Below are positions 55,729-64,000 of a stretch of DNA of 64,000 bases, piece after piece. Every line of letters starts with the position of its first letter. Position 1 is the first letter of the stretch. The stretch spans positions 32,001 to 96,000 of the IMG/VR virus record IMGVR_UViG_3300045988_151684. One strand, given 5' to 3'. The stretch is from a virus. The position numbers and the translations under genes are program-made. Below the pieces are notes generated by a model that saw only the letters and a list, made by a program, of their open reading frames with translations, searched no databases and was not told the origin of the DNA.

Positions 55729-55929
55729 ATGGGAAAAACCAAAGCGCAAATTCGTGCTACAGAAAAATTCAACAAGAACAACTATGAACGGCTTAGTTGC
55801 TCAATCCCTATTGGGGAGCGTGAAGTTATAAAAGGTTTTGCGCAAGAACATGGTTTGTCTCTTGCACAATATATACGACAAGCCTGCTACGAAAAAGCTG
55901 GTAAGAAAGCACCAGCGATGAAAAAATAA
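55729..55929 (+). CDS. Ribbon-helix-helix (CopG/ParD-like) protein
   Basis: ERLSCSIPIGEREVIKGFAQEHGLSLAQYIRQA resembles RHH antitoxin/regulator domains. Confidence 0.5.
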   Translation: MGKTKAQIRATEKFNKNNYERLSCSIPIGEREVIKGFAQEHGLSLAQYIRQACYEKAGKKAPAMKK

Positions 55930-55977
55930 AGTGTGGTTTCCCTCCCTTCACGGGGAGGGATTAAGGAGGTAATTAAC

Positions 55978-56238
55978 ATGAAAAAGCAGGAATTTGAAGT
56001 ACGGGAAATCCACACTGATGGGCATGTGTCCTACTTCTGTTTTTTAGCCAAATCAATTAGGGGCGCTAAGATTTTGGCTAAAAAATACAGAGGTAGCCAA
56101 AATTCTGACTTGCAAGTCATGTGGCGTGACGTGCAAGTCGCAAGTATGTACTCCAATAAGTGGCAAGGGGGGCGTGATGATGAAATTGGTACTGAGGCGT
56201 ATATAAAAGAGCGCCTTGGTAATGGCTTGCCTTGGTAA
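55978..56238 (+). CDS. Hypothetical protein (~86 aa) downstream of the RHH gene
   Basis: Start MKKQEF after a GGAGG RBS; no known motif. Confidence 0.4.
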   Translation: MKKQEFEVREIHTDGHVSYFCFLAKSIRGAKILAKKYRGSQNSDLQVMWRDVQVASMYSNKWQGGRDDEIGTEAYIKERLGNGLPW

Positions 56239-56251
56239 TGGCGCAAGCAGT

Positions 56252-56289
56252 AAAAAAAAAGAGAGGGCGAAAAGCCCTCTCTTTTTTAA
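56252..56289. terminator. Bidirectional intrinsic terminator
   Basis: AAAAAAAAA-GAGAGGGC-gaaaa-GCCCTCTC-TTTTTT. Confidence 0.7.
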
Positions 56290-56738
56290 TCGGCTGAACC
56301 GTTAGTTGCGTGCTTGTTTATTTCTTCTGACCACGAAATAGTTACTTCATCATCATAAAGGGAAGCATCAACATACACATTAACAATGGGTGCCGTGTGA
56401 TAATACTTGCCTATGCTTATCAAATAGCATTGCCACCATGTATAGTCATCTGCATCTGTTTCGTACACGTCACCACAACCTACTGCGTAAGTTTTCCCCG
56501 GCGTCACTTTTACATAAGCAGTATAATATCTTTGCTGATGACCTCTACCATATCCTACAATCTTCACCACCGTAACCCTAGCTGGCACTGTAAAGCTTGT
56601 TGTTACTTGTTTGCTTCCTGCTGGTACAGGTACATATCTCTGCCATACAACTACCCCGTCCAGCTTTACAGTCTGAACTTCCTTGCCGTTATACAAAATA
56701 TTAGAAGGTCGTACCCCCCCGAAAAGCAAATTACCCAT
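56286..56738 (-). CDS. Hypothetical protein, paralog A (150 aa)
   Basis: Begins MGNLLFGGVRPSNILYNGKEVQT...; paralog of 56748..57254. Confidence 0.45.
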   Translation of the reverse strand: MGNLLFGGVRPSNILYNGKEVQTVKLDGVVVWQRYVPVPAGSKQVTTSFTVPARVTVVKIVGYGRGHQQRYYTAYVKVTPGKTYAVGCGDVYETDADDYTWWQCYLISIGKYYHTAPIVNVYVDASLYDDEVTISWSEEINKHATNGSAD

Positions 56739-56747
56739 GTTGTCCTC

Positions 56748-57254
56748 CTACTTAGTCCAATCTAAATGTTGGTGGTCACTTGTACTATCGCTGAAATTAT
56801 GCTTGTTAATTTCAGGTGAGCAATATATTTTTACGGTAGCATACACGCTTTTTTTATCGTAAATGGTCACAGCTACTATCGGTGCACCGCTTAGCCCTAC
56901 GCCAAACTGTACCTCTGCTTTTGAAACAAACTGCGGATAAACCACGCCATACTGTGTATGCAATGTTACTTTTATTTTCTGCCCAGCCTTTACTTTTATA
57001 TACATTTCTTTAGATTCGGTTTTTTTGCCGTCTATACCGCCTTCGCCATAGTACCTGATAACATTAACCCCAGTTGGCACCACATATTCTTCTTCTTTGT
57101 TATCAAAAGCGGAACTGGTTGCACTATAGCTAGTAACATTAGTTGGTACATTTTCCCACACCGTAACTCCATTAAATTTAAGTGTCTGCACATCTTTTCC
57201 CTGATATGTGATACTAGTCGGGCGCTTACCGCCGTATAAAAAATTACCCATGTT
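56748..57254 (-). CDS. Hypothetical protein, paralog B (~168 aa from MGNFLYGG after RBS AAGGAGG)
   Basis: Shares the MGN(F/L)L(Y/F)GG.RP..I.Y.GK.VQT N-terminus with paralog A. Confidence 0.45.
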   Translation of the reverse strand, partial: NMGNFLYGGKRPTSITYQGKDVQTLKFNGVTVWENVPTNVTSYSATSSAFDNKEEEYVVPTGVNVIRYYGEGGIDGKKTESKEMYIKVKAGQKIKVTLHTQYGVVYPQFVSKAEVQFGVGLSGAPIVAVTIYDKKSVYATVKIYCSPEINKHNFSDSTSDHQHLDWTK

Positions 57255-57277
57255 TCCTCCTTGACTTACATACGCCA

Positions 57278-57670
57278 ATGACGTATACTAACGATATGAA
57301 TACTATTTCCATTCCACAAGTTGTTGCTGAAACAACCCCATATATCAAAGCTGTAAATGCTATATGGGATGAAGAAACTCAAATAGAATTTAAAAATTAC
57401 ATAGGTGCTAATCCATATAAAGGTGATATTATTCCTCATACTGGTGGCATAAGAAAAATTCGCTGGCAAAGTGGAGGTCATGGCAAGCGTGGCGGTGCTA
57501 GAATAATTTATTACCTTTATAACGAAAATCACCCGATTTATCTTCTATTTGCTTATCCTAAAAATGTACAGATCAACTTGTCAGAAACTGAAACAAAACT
57601 TTTGAAAAGTGCCGTTGCTAAATTAAAAGAAGTTTTTAGAACAAAGGAGGAATCATCGCATGAAAAATGA
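57278..57670 (+). CDS. HigB-like (RelE-superfamily 'plasmid killer') toxin
   Basis: IRKIRWQSGGHGKRGGARIIYY motif; toxin-first gene order with a downstream HTH. Confidence 0.6.
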   Translation: MTYTNDMNTISIPQVVAETTPYIKAVNAIWDEETQIEFKNYIGANPYKGDIIPHTGGIRKIRWQSGGHGKRGGARIIYYLYNENHPIYLLFAYPKNVQINLSETETKLLKSAVAKLKEVFRTKEESSHEK

Positions 57671-57962
57671 AATCTCACCTGCTGTTTCAGCTATTCTTAA
57701 TGGTCTAAACGAAGCCGTGCTAGACGCTCAAGGTTCTTCCGTTACAGGTTTACGCAAGACTGTCATTCAAACAGTTAAGCCTAAAGAAATTCGAGAAGAA
57801 CTCAATATGTCTCAACAAGAATTTTCAAAAGCCTACGGCATCCCTCTTGCTACTCTGCGCAATTGGGAGCAAGGCAGGCGCAAGTTAGATACAACCGCAA
57901 TAGCGTACCTAAAAGCTATTATGCGCTTTCCAAAAGAAGTTATGGTTGCACAAACAAATTAA
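57660..57962 (+). CDS. HigA-like HTH XRE antitoxin
   Basis: LNMSQQEFSKAYGIPLATLRNWEQGRRK helix-turn-helix; overlaps the toxin stop. Confidence 0.6.
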   Translation: MKNEISPAVSAILNGLNEAVLDAQGSSVTGLRKTVIQTVKPKEIREELNMSQQEFSKAYGIPLATLRNWEQGRRKLDTTAIAYLKAIMRFPKEVMVAQTN

Positions 57963-57993
57963 CCTTTAGCCGTGGCGTTTATGCTACGGCTTT

Positions 57994-58929
57994 TTAAGTG
58001 CAAGTCGTTAGATTAAGCGTTGAGCCGTCCCACGACGCTACCTTAACTATGCTTGCTGGCTTAGACGATACATTTCCCCATGCTACTGCATTGGCACTGC
58101 CTGCGCTGTTAGCATAGCTGACACAGAAATTGCTTGGATTGTAGACATACTGATTTGCTCTGTCATTCCCGCCCCACATCCAAGTCGGCTGACCGCTTTG
58201 TCCTGACCAATGAAAAGTTATCGGATTACCAGTGTTTCCGCCTTCCCCGATTTTTCCTGCCGTATTCGCCGTACTAGAGTTACCAGTACATGAACTTGCT
58301 GTTTTCGCATTGCCCGTACATGAAGCAGACGAGCCAGTTATATTAATTCCCCACGTACCAATAGCCCTTGAGCCGTTTGTTGCAGGATATGCGCTATCAT
58401 GATTATGACCTGACGGCGGGTACGTGCTTGGTTTTCCCGTTACACCCGCCCACGGTACACTGCTGGCACTAGACGCATTGCCTTTAAGCGTAGCATTGAT
58501 ACCACCGCTAACGCTTATAGTGCCGTCGTCATTAGCTGTTATGCGGGCAGTATAGTCTGTAGTCTGCTTGTTAGTGCTATGAAAGTCAATGTATTTACCA
58601 ACTTCCATGACACCACTGCCATCTATTTTCGGAATCTTGTTCGTGATAGCTTGGCTGTCATTGCTCCCCGCTACATTCAGACCACTTAATTTATTCGCTG
58701 AATCCGCAAGGGTAGCATGATTATCTTCTCTCCAAGTCTTATTAGCAACGTTGATAAGCGTGTACGTTTTGCTGAAATCGGTACGGTAGCACTTCATACC
58801 TACCTGCAAATTGGTAGTTGGAAAAGCCGTACCACTGTTGTTGCTCATAACTGTTTTAATCGAATCGTTTATCGTTGTTCGGGAATTTTTTATGTTATCC
58901 TGCCCGTTAATTTCTTTGAATGCCTGCAT
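57994..58929 (-). CDS. Tail-fibre-like protein (Gly/Ser/Thr/Asn-rich, 311 aa)
   Basis: Composition and repeats (GNTGNPITFHWSGQSGQPTWMWGGN). Confidence 0.45.
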   Translation of the reverse strand: MQAFKEINGQDNIKNSRTTINDSIKTVMSNNSGTAFPTTNLQVGMKCYRTDFSKTYTLINVANKTWREDNHATLADSANKLSGLNVAGSNDSQAITNKIPKIDGSGVMEVGKYIDFHSTNKQTTDYTARITANDDGTISVSGGINATLKGNASSASSVPWAGVTGKPSTYPPSGHNHDSAYPATNGSRAIGTWGINITGSSASCTGNAKTASSCTGNSSTANTAGKIGEGGNTGNPITFHWSGQSGQPTWMWGGNDRANQYVYNPSNFCVSYANSAGSANAVAWGNVSSKPASIVKVASWDGSTLNLTTCT

Positions 58930-58941
58930 TTTATCACCCCT

Positions 58942-60141
58942 TTAATAGCCTACTGCCTGCCAAGATATAGTGCCTGTAGTCCGTGTGTAGTCATCTTTTA
59001 GAAGTTCAACTTCAAAATAGTAGCCTGCGTCGTCCTTGTCTATATCAGTGATGTTCGGCGTTATAGCTCCGTCCTTGGTATTTCCGCTATATAAAGCGAC
59101 TGCTACCTCTGGTTTAGTATAGTAGTGCTTGCTGAAATGAATTCTCGTTGCCTTGCTGGTGTCAGTTATAGCAGTCTTGCCACGGTCAACGGTATCATCT
59201 ATATCAACGTGAATAACTGCATCATAGACGGCAGGTTCTGCACCCGCTGAACCCGCTTCAATGCTTAATCTGACCAAGGCTTTTTGATATTCGTACTCAC
59301 CGACTATGTATGGTATAAAGTGCTCATAGCCAGCAGGCTGATTGACTAAAATTTTAAAAGCGTCCATATCCATAGCACCTTTTTTGACGGCCACATCAGC
59401 AAGCACGCCGTCAGCTGCATGGAATTTTTTGTCTTTAGTATGAAATTCTTCCTGCTGTTTTTCGGTATAGTGAGTAGCATAACCCTCAGCAGCATTGACG
59501 TTCTCAGCAAATTCACGCTTCATATCGGCTATATGGCGCAAGGTTTCAAGAAAGTCTACATGTTCCCTGCTCCCCTGCTTCATATCCTGCCTGCGGTATT
59601 CTTTGATAGAAGTCTGTTCTTTCGCCTTTGTTTCAGCATAATTAGCATGAAACTCCATAGCCTTCACTGCTTCATCAAACCCTTTATGAAATTCTGCGTG
59701 CCTTAGTGCCTGGTCTATCATGGCTACCTGTTCAAGCGTCAAAGAACTTAAACTTACTGTTCTGCTGTCCACTATAGCCACTCTTTCATTTTCTGCATGT
59801 GCCGTGCTATTAGCATTGTTATCTGCTATGCTAGCATTTTCTACGACTTTCAGCAGGTAATTTATTAAATCCCAATAGGTTTCTTGTGTAGTTATGTTTT
59901 CCCTGCCTGCAAGCGTAGTTAAACTCCGTGACAGCCGTTCTGCTGGTTTTATTTTTTCCTTGGCACATTTACCTAAGTCACGGCGTTTTCTTTCGCCTAC
60001 ACTAATATAGTGCGTATCAGAACGGTCATGACTATATATACCAAAGTTATCCCACGTTTCATTAGTGCATTGAAATGCTTCCCAGCTAAAATTAGCCGTT
60101 TCCCATGTATATAGTGCCTTTAGTGTCGATACCGTCCCCAT
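58942..60141 (-). CDS. Virion structural protein (399 aa)
   Basis: ORF only. Confidence 0.35.
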   Translation of the reverse strand: MGTVSTLKALYTWETANFSWEAFQCTNETWDNFGIYSHDRSDTHYISVGERKRRDLGKCAKEKIKPAERLSRSLTTLAGRENITTQETYWDLINYLLKVVENASIADNNANSTAHAENERVAIVDSRTVSLSSLTLEQVAMIDQALRHAEFHKGFDEAVKAMEFHANYAETKAKEQTSIKEYRRQDMKQGSREHVDFLETLRHIADMKREFAENVNAAEGYATHYTEKQQEEFHTKDKKFHAADGVLADVAVKKGAMDMDAFKILVNQPAGYEHFIPYIVGEYEYQKALVRLSIEAGSAGAEPAVYDAVIHVDIDDTVDRGKTAITDTSKATRIHFSKHYYTKPEVAVALYSGNTKDGAITPNITDIDKDDAGYYFEVELLKDDYTRTTGTISWQAVGY

Positions 60142-60153
60142 GACTATTACCTC

Positions 60154-60597
60154 TTATGACAGAGTGAATTGAAAATGCGACTCGTAGGTATCGTCACTGC
60201 CTTTATTGATAACAGCAAATGTTACTCTGTCTAGGAAAATACCACCGCTAGACGCATTGCATATACCTGCTTCCGTGATTGCGCCCGTGGCTTCACCTTC
60301 GGCAAATTTAGTCGTATAAGTAAATACCTTAGTACCTGCCGTATGCTCATAAGTGGCAGGCTTGCGGGCTAATTCTTTAGCAAGTGCGGTCTGCTCAGGT
60401 GCCGTCGCATTGGTGCCCGTGCCTACCGCCGTATAGCCCATGCAGGCAGGTCTGCCGTTTGCTTTGCCGATAGCGTCTGCAATAAAGTCAAAACCGACGT
60501 TTAAGATAAGATTGTCTTTCCGTCTTACTTCAACGCTGCCGTCCTTGTGGCGCAAAATGCCTGTAAAACTGCCTTTTAGTTTTAATTTATCCATCAT
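60154..60597 (-). CDS. Virion structural protein (147 aa)
   Basis: ORF only. Confidence 0.35.
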   Translation of the reverse strand: MMDKLKLKGSFTGILRHKDGSVEVRRKDNLILNVGFDFIADAIGKANGRPACMGYTAVGTGTNATAPEQTALAKELARKPATYEHTAGTKVFTYTTKFAEGEATGAITEAGICNASSGGIFLDRVTFAVINKGSDDTYESHFQFTLS

Positions 60598-60603
60598 ATC
60601 ACC

Positions 60604-62379
60604 TCATAATTTAGGATATAGATATATTTCTGAAAAAGCTCCGATTGGTGTTGCTTTTTCTTTGCCATAAAAAATCATGTCATAGTTCATTGAATGAGCG
60701 AATAACCTGCGCTCCTGTTCGTCCTGCGCAATGGCTACCGTCAGCCAGTCACGCTCTCTTATAGCTAATTCATCAGTCCATACCGTAATACCGTCGCTGC
60801 CACGCAAGAACATCTTGTTACTGTCACCATCAACACCAAGAACTAAATAACTGCTATTGCCTTTTATAGTTGCCAGCATAGTATCTTTTATGCCCTTCTT
60901 GAACGCTATATTGAATGAAAACGTAAACACCTCAGGAGCAGCAATCTTATACGCAAGCCTAGTAGTATCGCCAATATAAAGGCCTGTATGCCATCTGCCA
61001 TCACGGTAACTGTCAGCGTGCTGTGCTTCAAACGGATTTACCTTTGAATCACTCTCAAGCGTTCTGTTAAGCCCTACTATGTCAATAAAGCCCTCAGCCC
61101 GCTTGCCTGTATACCTAGCGATTTCATGTGTTACCGTCACGCCCTGCAAATCACCAACAGTACCGTTCCACATGGTATTGGTGGCTTCAACTGAATCCCA
61201 TAGCCAGTCCATATCGTCCCATAGAATAGTCGAATTTGTCTCGCCTATGACTTTGTACTCGAACCAATTACGTGCCCTGTAAACCTGTGGGAGTTCCACA
61301 TCAACGATATATTCGCCATGCGTACCTTCCTTATCCAGCTTCAACTCCTGCGCTGGTGCGTCATAGTACATGTTGTTCTTAACGCCATTATATGCTACCT
61401 GTTCTTGGTCAAGCTCAATAATAACATTCTTATGAATATCAAGTTTATTGGTGCAAAACACATAAGTAGCATTTTCTGACATGTTGCCATGTTCATCAAC
61501 CGCTTTAATCAGCATGTAATAGTCGCCGGTGTTAGGATAAATGTACCTGTGTTTGTTGTTTGGCGTATCAAAAAGCTGTAGTGCCTTGTTCCAATCAGGC
61601 GTAACACCAACTTTTACTATATAGTGAACGCCATGTATTTCAACTGCGTCCCAGTAAAAATACAACTGTGAATCGTTACGTTCAACCATAAAATTAGTAA
61701 CATCGGGCAAAATACAGTAGAGTGTTTCTCTTTCGCCCTCACCGAATTGGTCATAGTAAGCAACACTTACCACCTTGACAATATCAGGGTCGGTATATAA
61801 GAAAAGATTGTCAGTCGATACATACTGCGTACCGTTTATATAAATATTAGCCCCCATACAATCTAAAGGAATTTCCAAAAAAGATATGAGTGTACCCTCT
61901 TGGTTTTTGGTAAGTGCCAAGTCTTTAGGTGCGGTAGGTCTAGCCTTGGAATAGTGCAGCTCCACTCCTGTACTGCTATCGCCATTCTTATTGACCGCAA
62001 ACAGGTAGATATGACCAACATAGCTGGTAGGCAGTACGGTTGATTTATTGTCTCTCGTACGCTCCAGCAAACCATCAACATTGCCTAACTGCTTGTTTGT
62101 ACGTGTCTCATAATAAGCTAGATTTTCTACGTCATAAACATGCGACCATGTAAGCACCCCGCCCAAGCGGTCAAACGACAAGAAAAAATTCTTCGGTGCT
62201 GGTATCTTTCCTTCATCGGCCTTTTGTATATCCTCTGCCGAAAAACCGTTAGCAAGGTTTACTTCATGCGCTGTCTGTGCTAAAAAATCCCTTAGCAATG
62301 TCATGAGATAGCGGCCATCGCCTTTTACCACGTTAGGCAGGTCAGGCACTCTAAGGATTGTCGCTTTTTCTTCTGCCAT
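60604..62379 (-). CDS. Large virion, tail or baseplate protein (591 aa)
   Basis: ORF only. Confidence 0.4.
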   Translation of the reverse strand: MAEEKATILRVPDLPNVVKGDGRYLMTLLRDFLAQTAHEVNLANGFSAEDIQKADEGKIPAPKNFFLSFDRLGGVLTWSHVYDVENLAYYETRTNKQLGNVDGLLERTRDNKSTVLPTSYVGHIYLFAVNKNGDSSTGVELHYSKARPTAPKDLALTKNQEGTLISFLEIPLDCMGANIYINGTQYVSTDNLFLYTDPDIVKVVSVAYYDQFGEGERETLYCILPDVTNFMVERNDSQLYFYWDAVEIHGVHYIVKVGVTPDWNKALQLFDTPNNKHRYIYPNTGDYYMLIKAVDEHGNMSENATYVFCTNKLDIHKNVIIELDQEQVAYNGVKNNMYYDAPAQELKLDKEGTHGEYIVDVELPQVYRARNWFEYKVIGETNSTILWDDMDWLWDSVEATNTMWNGTVGDLQGVTVTHEIARYTGKRAEGFIDIVGLNRTLESDSKVNPFEAQHADSYRDGRWHTGLYIGDTTRLAYKIAAPEVFTFSFNIAFKKGIKDTMLATIKGNSSYLVLGVDGDSNKMFLRGSDGITVWTDELAIRERDWLTVAIAQDEQERRLFAHSMNYDMIFYGKEKATPIGAFSEIYLYPKL

Positions 62380-62392
62380 AACGCTTCACCCC

Positions 62393-62866
62393 TTATGTAT
62401 CTGCCATGCCTTGCGCAATGACCTGCTTAATCTCATCGACTAAAGCCTTATCCTGCGATATATCATACTCATTCTGATTAAGTGCCAGCAGGACTGCGCT
62501 CTTGACTGCTACATCGTTAAGCTGCTCGTGCCTGAATGGCATATCCTCGACAATATCCTCAATCTGCTTTTTAGTCGCAAAGTATCTGAAACGAATTTCA
62601 TCCATTTCCTCATCAAGAAACGCCATTTTCTGCCCTGTAATTTTAATAGGGTAAGTTCCAGCAGGCTTTACAAAATCATCAGGCAAGTCCTCTAGGTTAT
62701 GAATTTTTATTTCCATAACCATCTGCGGGGACTTTGCAGCAATGAGCAAGTGGGAAATCTGCTGTACCGCCGTATTCAAAAAGCCTATGCACTCATCAGT
62801 AGAGTATTCATCAGATATATCATGTGTAGCCGTCTTTATGTTGGCTACCGCTTTTTCAACCTTCAT
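62393..62866 (-). CDS. Hypothetical structural protein (157 aa)
   Basis: ORF only. Confidence 0.35.
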   Translation of the reverse strand: MKVEKAVANIKTATHDISDEYSTDECIGFLNTAVQQISHLLIAAKSPQMVMEIKIHNLEDLPDDFVKPAGTYPIKITGQKMAFLDEEMDEIRFRYFATKKQIEDIVEDMPFRHEQLNDVAVKSAVLLALNQNEYDISQDKALVDEIKQVIAQGMADT

Positions 62867-62875
62867 ACTCTCACC

Positions 62876-63541
62876 TCACAAATAAAATGGCATTTTTTGT
62901 CTTGAGTTGCTGTATCGCCGTCTTGGAATAACTTCATCAACTGCTCCGGTTACTGCCTGGGTCATAGTATCTACGTCAGTATTATTAAGCACTATGCGAA
63001 TAAGTTTCACTAGTGTATCAAAGAATATCTCCGGCAAATCGACTTCATCTTTTTCGATATTCTTTACTGGTGCAGCACCGCCCATATAGCCTAAAATGAA
63101 CTCTTTGTGCTTAACATAAATCCTGCCGCCAGCCATAAGATACTTATCTTCGCCATACCCGCTTTGCAGTTCCAGCAGCGTGCTGACTGGATGCAGTCTA
63201 TAACCATCCGTCCGCTGAATATACATAATGGATATAAAACTATCAGGAACTTTGACACCTGTAACAGCAAAGTCAACTAATTCTTTCGGTTCATATTCCG
63301 GCGTATCAACATTGGCTTCATTATCAGCTACTATGGCCGCGTTAATCTCATCCTGGTTATATCTGGCCATTTTGTGCAGATAATCACTGCCCTTATTTGA
63401 TAGGTCCACATTGACATACCTCAGCACTTCATTCATAGCACAGGTTATATCATAGTCACTATATTTTACTTCATCATTATCCTGCTCCTTCTGTCTTACA
63501 GCTCGCAGGATATTTATTGCTTTCATTAAGCACCACTCCAA
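62876..63541 (-). CDS. Hypothetical structural protein (221 aa)
   Basis: ORF only. Confidence 0.35.
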   Translation of the reverse strand: MEWCLMKAINILRAVRQKEQDNDEVKYSDYDITCAMNEVLRYVNVDLSNKGSDYLHKMARYNQDEINAAIVADNEANVDTPEYEPKELVDFAVTGVKVPDSFISIMYIQRTDGYRLHPVSTLLELQSGYGEDKYLMAGGRIYVKHKEFILGYMGGAAPVKNIEKDEVDLPEIFFDTLVKLIRIVLNNTDVDTMTQAVTGAVDEVIPRRRYSNSRQKMPFYL

Positions 63542-63828
63542 TACTTTGCACTTCTTAGCACTGCAAATTCTGGATGCAGGCTAAAAAACTTCATTACATA
63601 CTTCTGATATTCATGCCGGTCACCTGCCGCCCTTGCCTTTTTAGCTTCCAGCAGCCACGGGTCAAAATTCCAATACTCAGGCGGGATGTAGCCTAGTGGA
63701 ATCAAATTCTTGCCACGGGCCTGTGATTCACTTACTTCTTTGGCCATGCCTATAGCTTGTGACACATCTATGGTATTGCAAAGCACTGTTTTGCCATCAC
63801 GTTCATATAATTTTTGATTTAATATCAC
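63526..63828 (-). CDS. Hypothetical protein (100 aa)
   Basis: ORF only. Confidence 0.35.
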   Translation of the reverse strand: MILNQKLYERDGKTVLCNTIDVSQAIGMAKEVSESQARGKNLIPLGYIPPEYWNFDPWLLEAKKARAAGDRHEYQKYVMKFFSLHPEFAVLRSAKYWSGA

Positions 63829-63900
63829 ATTGTCACCACCTTCTAACCAATAGAAAAAAGGCTACCCACCTAGGAATAGCCCTGTATTCTATCAATTTTT

Positions 63901-64000
63901 ATTTCACGCTGGCAAGTTCACAATAGCACCGCTGGCTTTCGGCTGCGTGCCTTTCACACCAATCGACGCCTCCAACACGTACTCGGTATAGGTACCTTTC
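63901..64000 (-). CDS. Partial CDS (C-terminal fragment; gene continues beyond the right window edge)
   Basis: Open minus-strand frame ending ...GAIVNLPA with a stop near 63901. Confidence 0.3.

Larger units (their letters stand above)
36000..64000. mobile_element. Prophage-like element 2: lysis cassette plus a virion, ejection and tail module; head and packaging genes presumably beyond the right window edge
   Basis: Holin plus GH25 endolysin followed by a giant SLT-containing protein, fibre-like genes and moron insertions, all on the minus strand. Confidence 0.55.

Noticed and set aside
57994-58929. Diversity-generating retroelement targeting the fibre-like gene
   Set aside because: No reverse transcriptase ORF (no YxDD motif) and no obvious template/variable repeat pair were found in the window.
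37409-63828. Interpreting element 2 as a conjugative element (SLT plus helicase plus MTase giant proteins also occur in ICEs)
   Set aside because: An adjacent holin-endolysin cassette, fibre-like genes and a Hint-domain virion protein, with no relaxase, coupling protein or VirB4-like ATPase, favour a phage.
1-64000. CRISPR arrays, rRNA, tRNA or tmRNA genes
   Set aside because: No regularly spaced direct repeats with unique spacers and no tRNA-like cloverleaf or conserved T-loop segments were seen, including near the integrase att region.

Overview
AT-rich, Firmicutes-like DNA with strong GGAGG-type ribosome-binding sites, almost entirely occupied by two tandem, co-oriented prophage-like elements whose genes lie mostly on the minus strand. 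Element 1 (about 1-33.9 kb) is an HK97-like siphovirus prophage. Reading right to left it carries a tyrosine integrase and cI-like XRE repressor at the right edge, Gp49/HigB-like toxin plus HTH antitoxin pairs, a rolling-circle HUH Rep, a ParA/ParB partition module with two candidate parS palindromes, small accessory genes and HNH nucleases. These are followed by an ArpU-like regulator, TerS/TerL, portal, ClpP-like prohead protease, HK97-fold capsid, connector proteins, major tail protein, a -1 frameshifted tail chaperone, a tape measure protein, a distal tail and fibre region that includes BspA-type leucine-rich-repeat proteins, a holin N-terminal remnant, small holin-like genes and a GH25 endolysin. 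A short interval (33.9-36.0 kb) holds an ImmA/ImmR-like pair and two small membrane proteins. Element 2 (about 36.0 kb to beyond the window) opens with a second GH25 endolysin plus an intact holin, homologous to the element 1 lysis genes. It continues with a virion or ejection-protein module dominated by a 3,599-aa polyvalent giant protein carrying lytic transglycosylase, M15-like peptidase, SNF2 helicase, N6-adenine methyltransferase and HExxH domains. The same module holds a protein ending in a Hint (intein-like) domain, tail-fibre-like proteins, and inserted moron cassettes (a HigBA-like pair, small hydrophobic peptides, an RHH protein). Head and packaging genes of element 2 are presumably beyond the right edge. 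No rRNA, tRNA, CRISPR array or reverse transcriptase was recognised.
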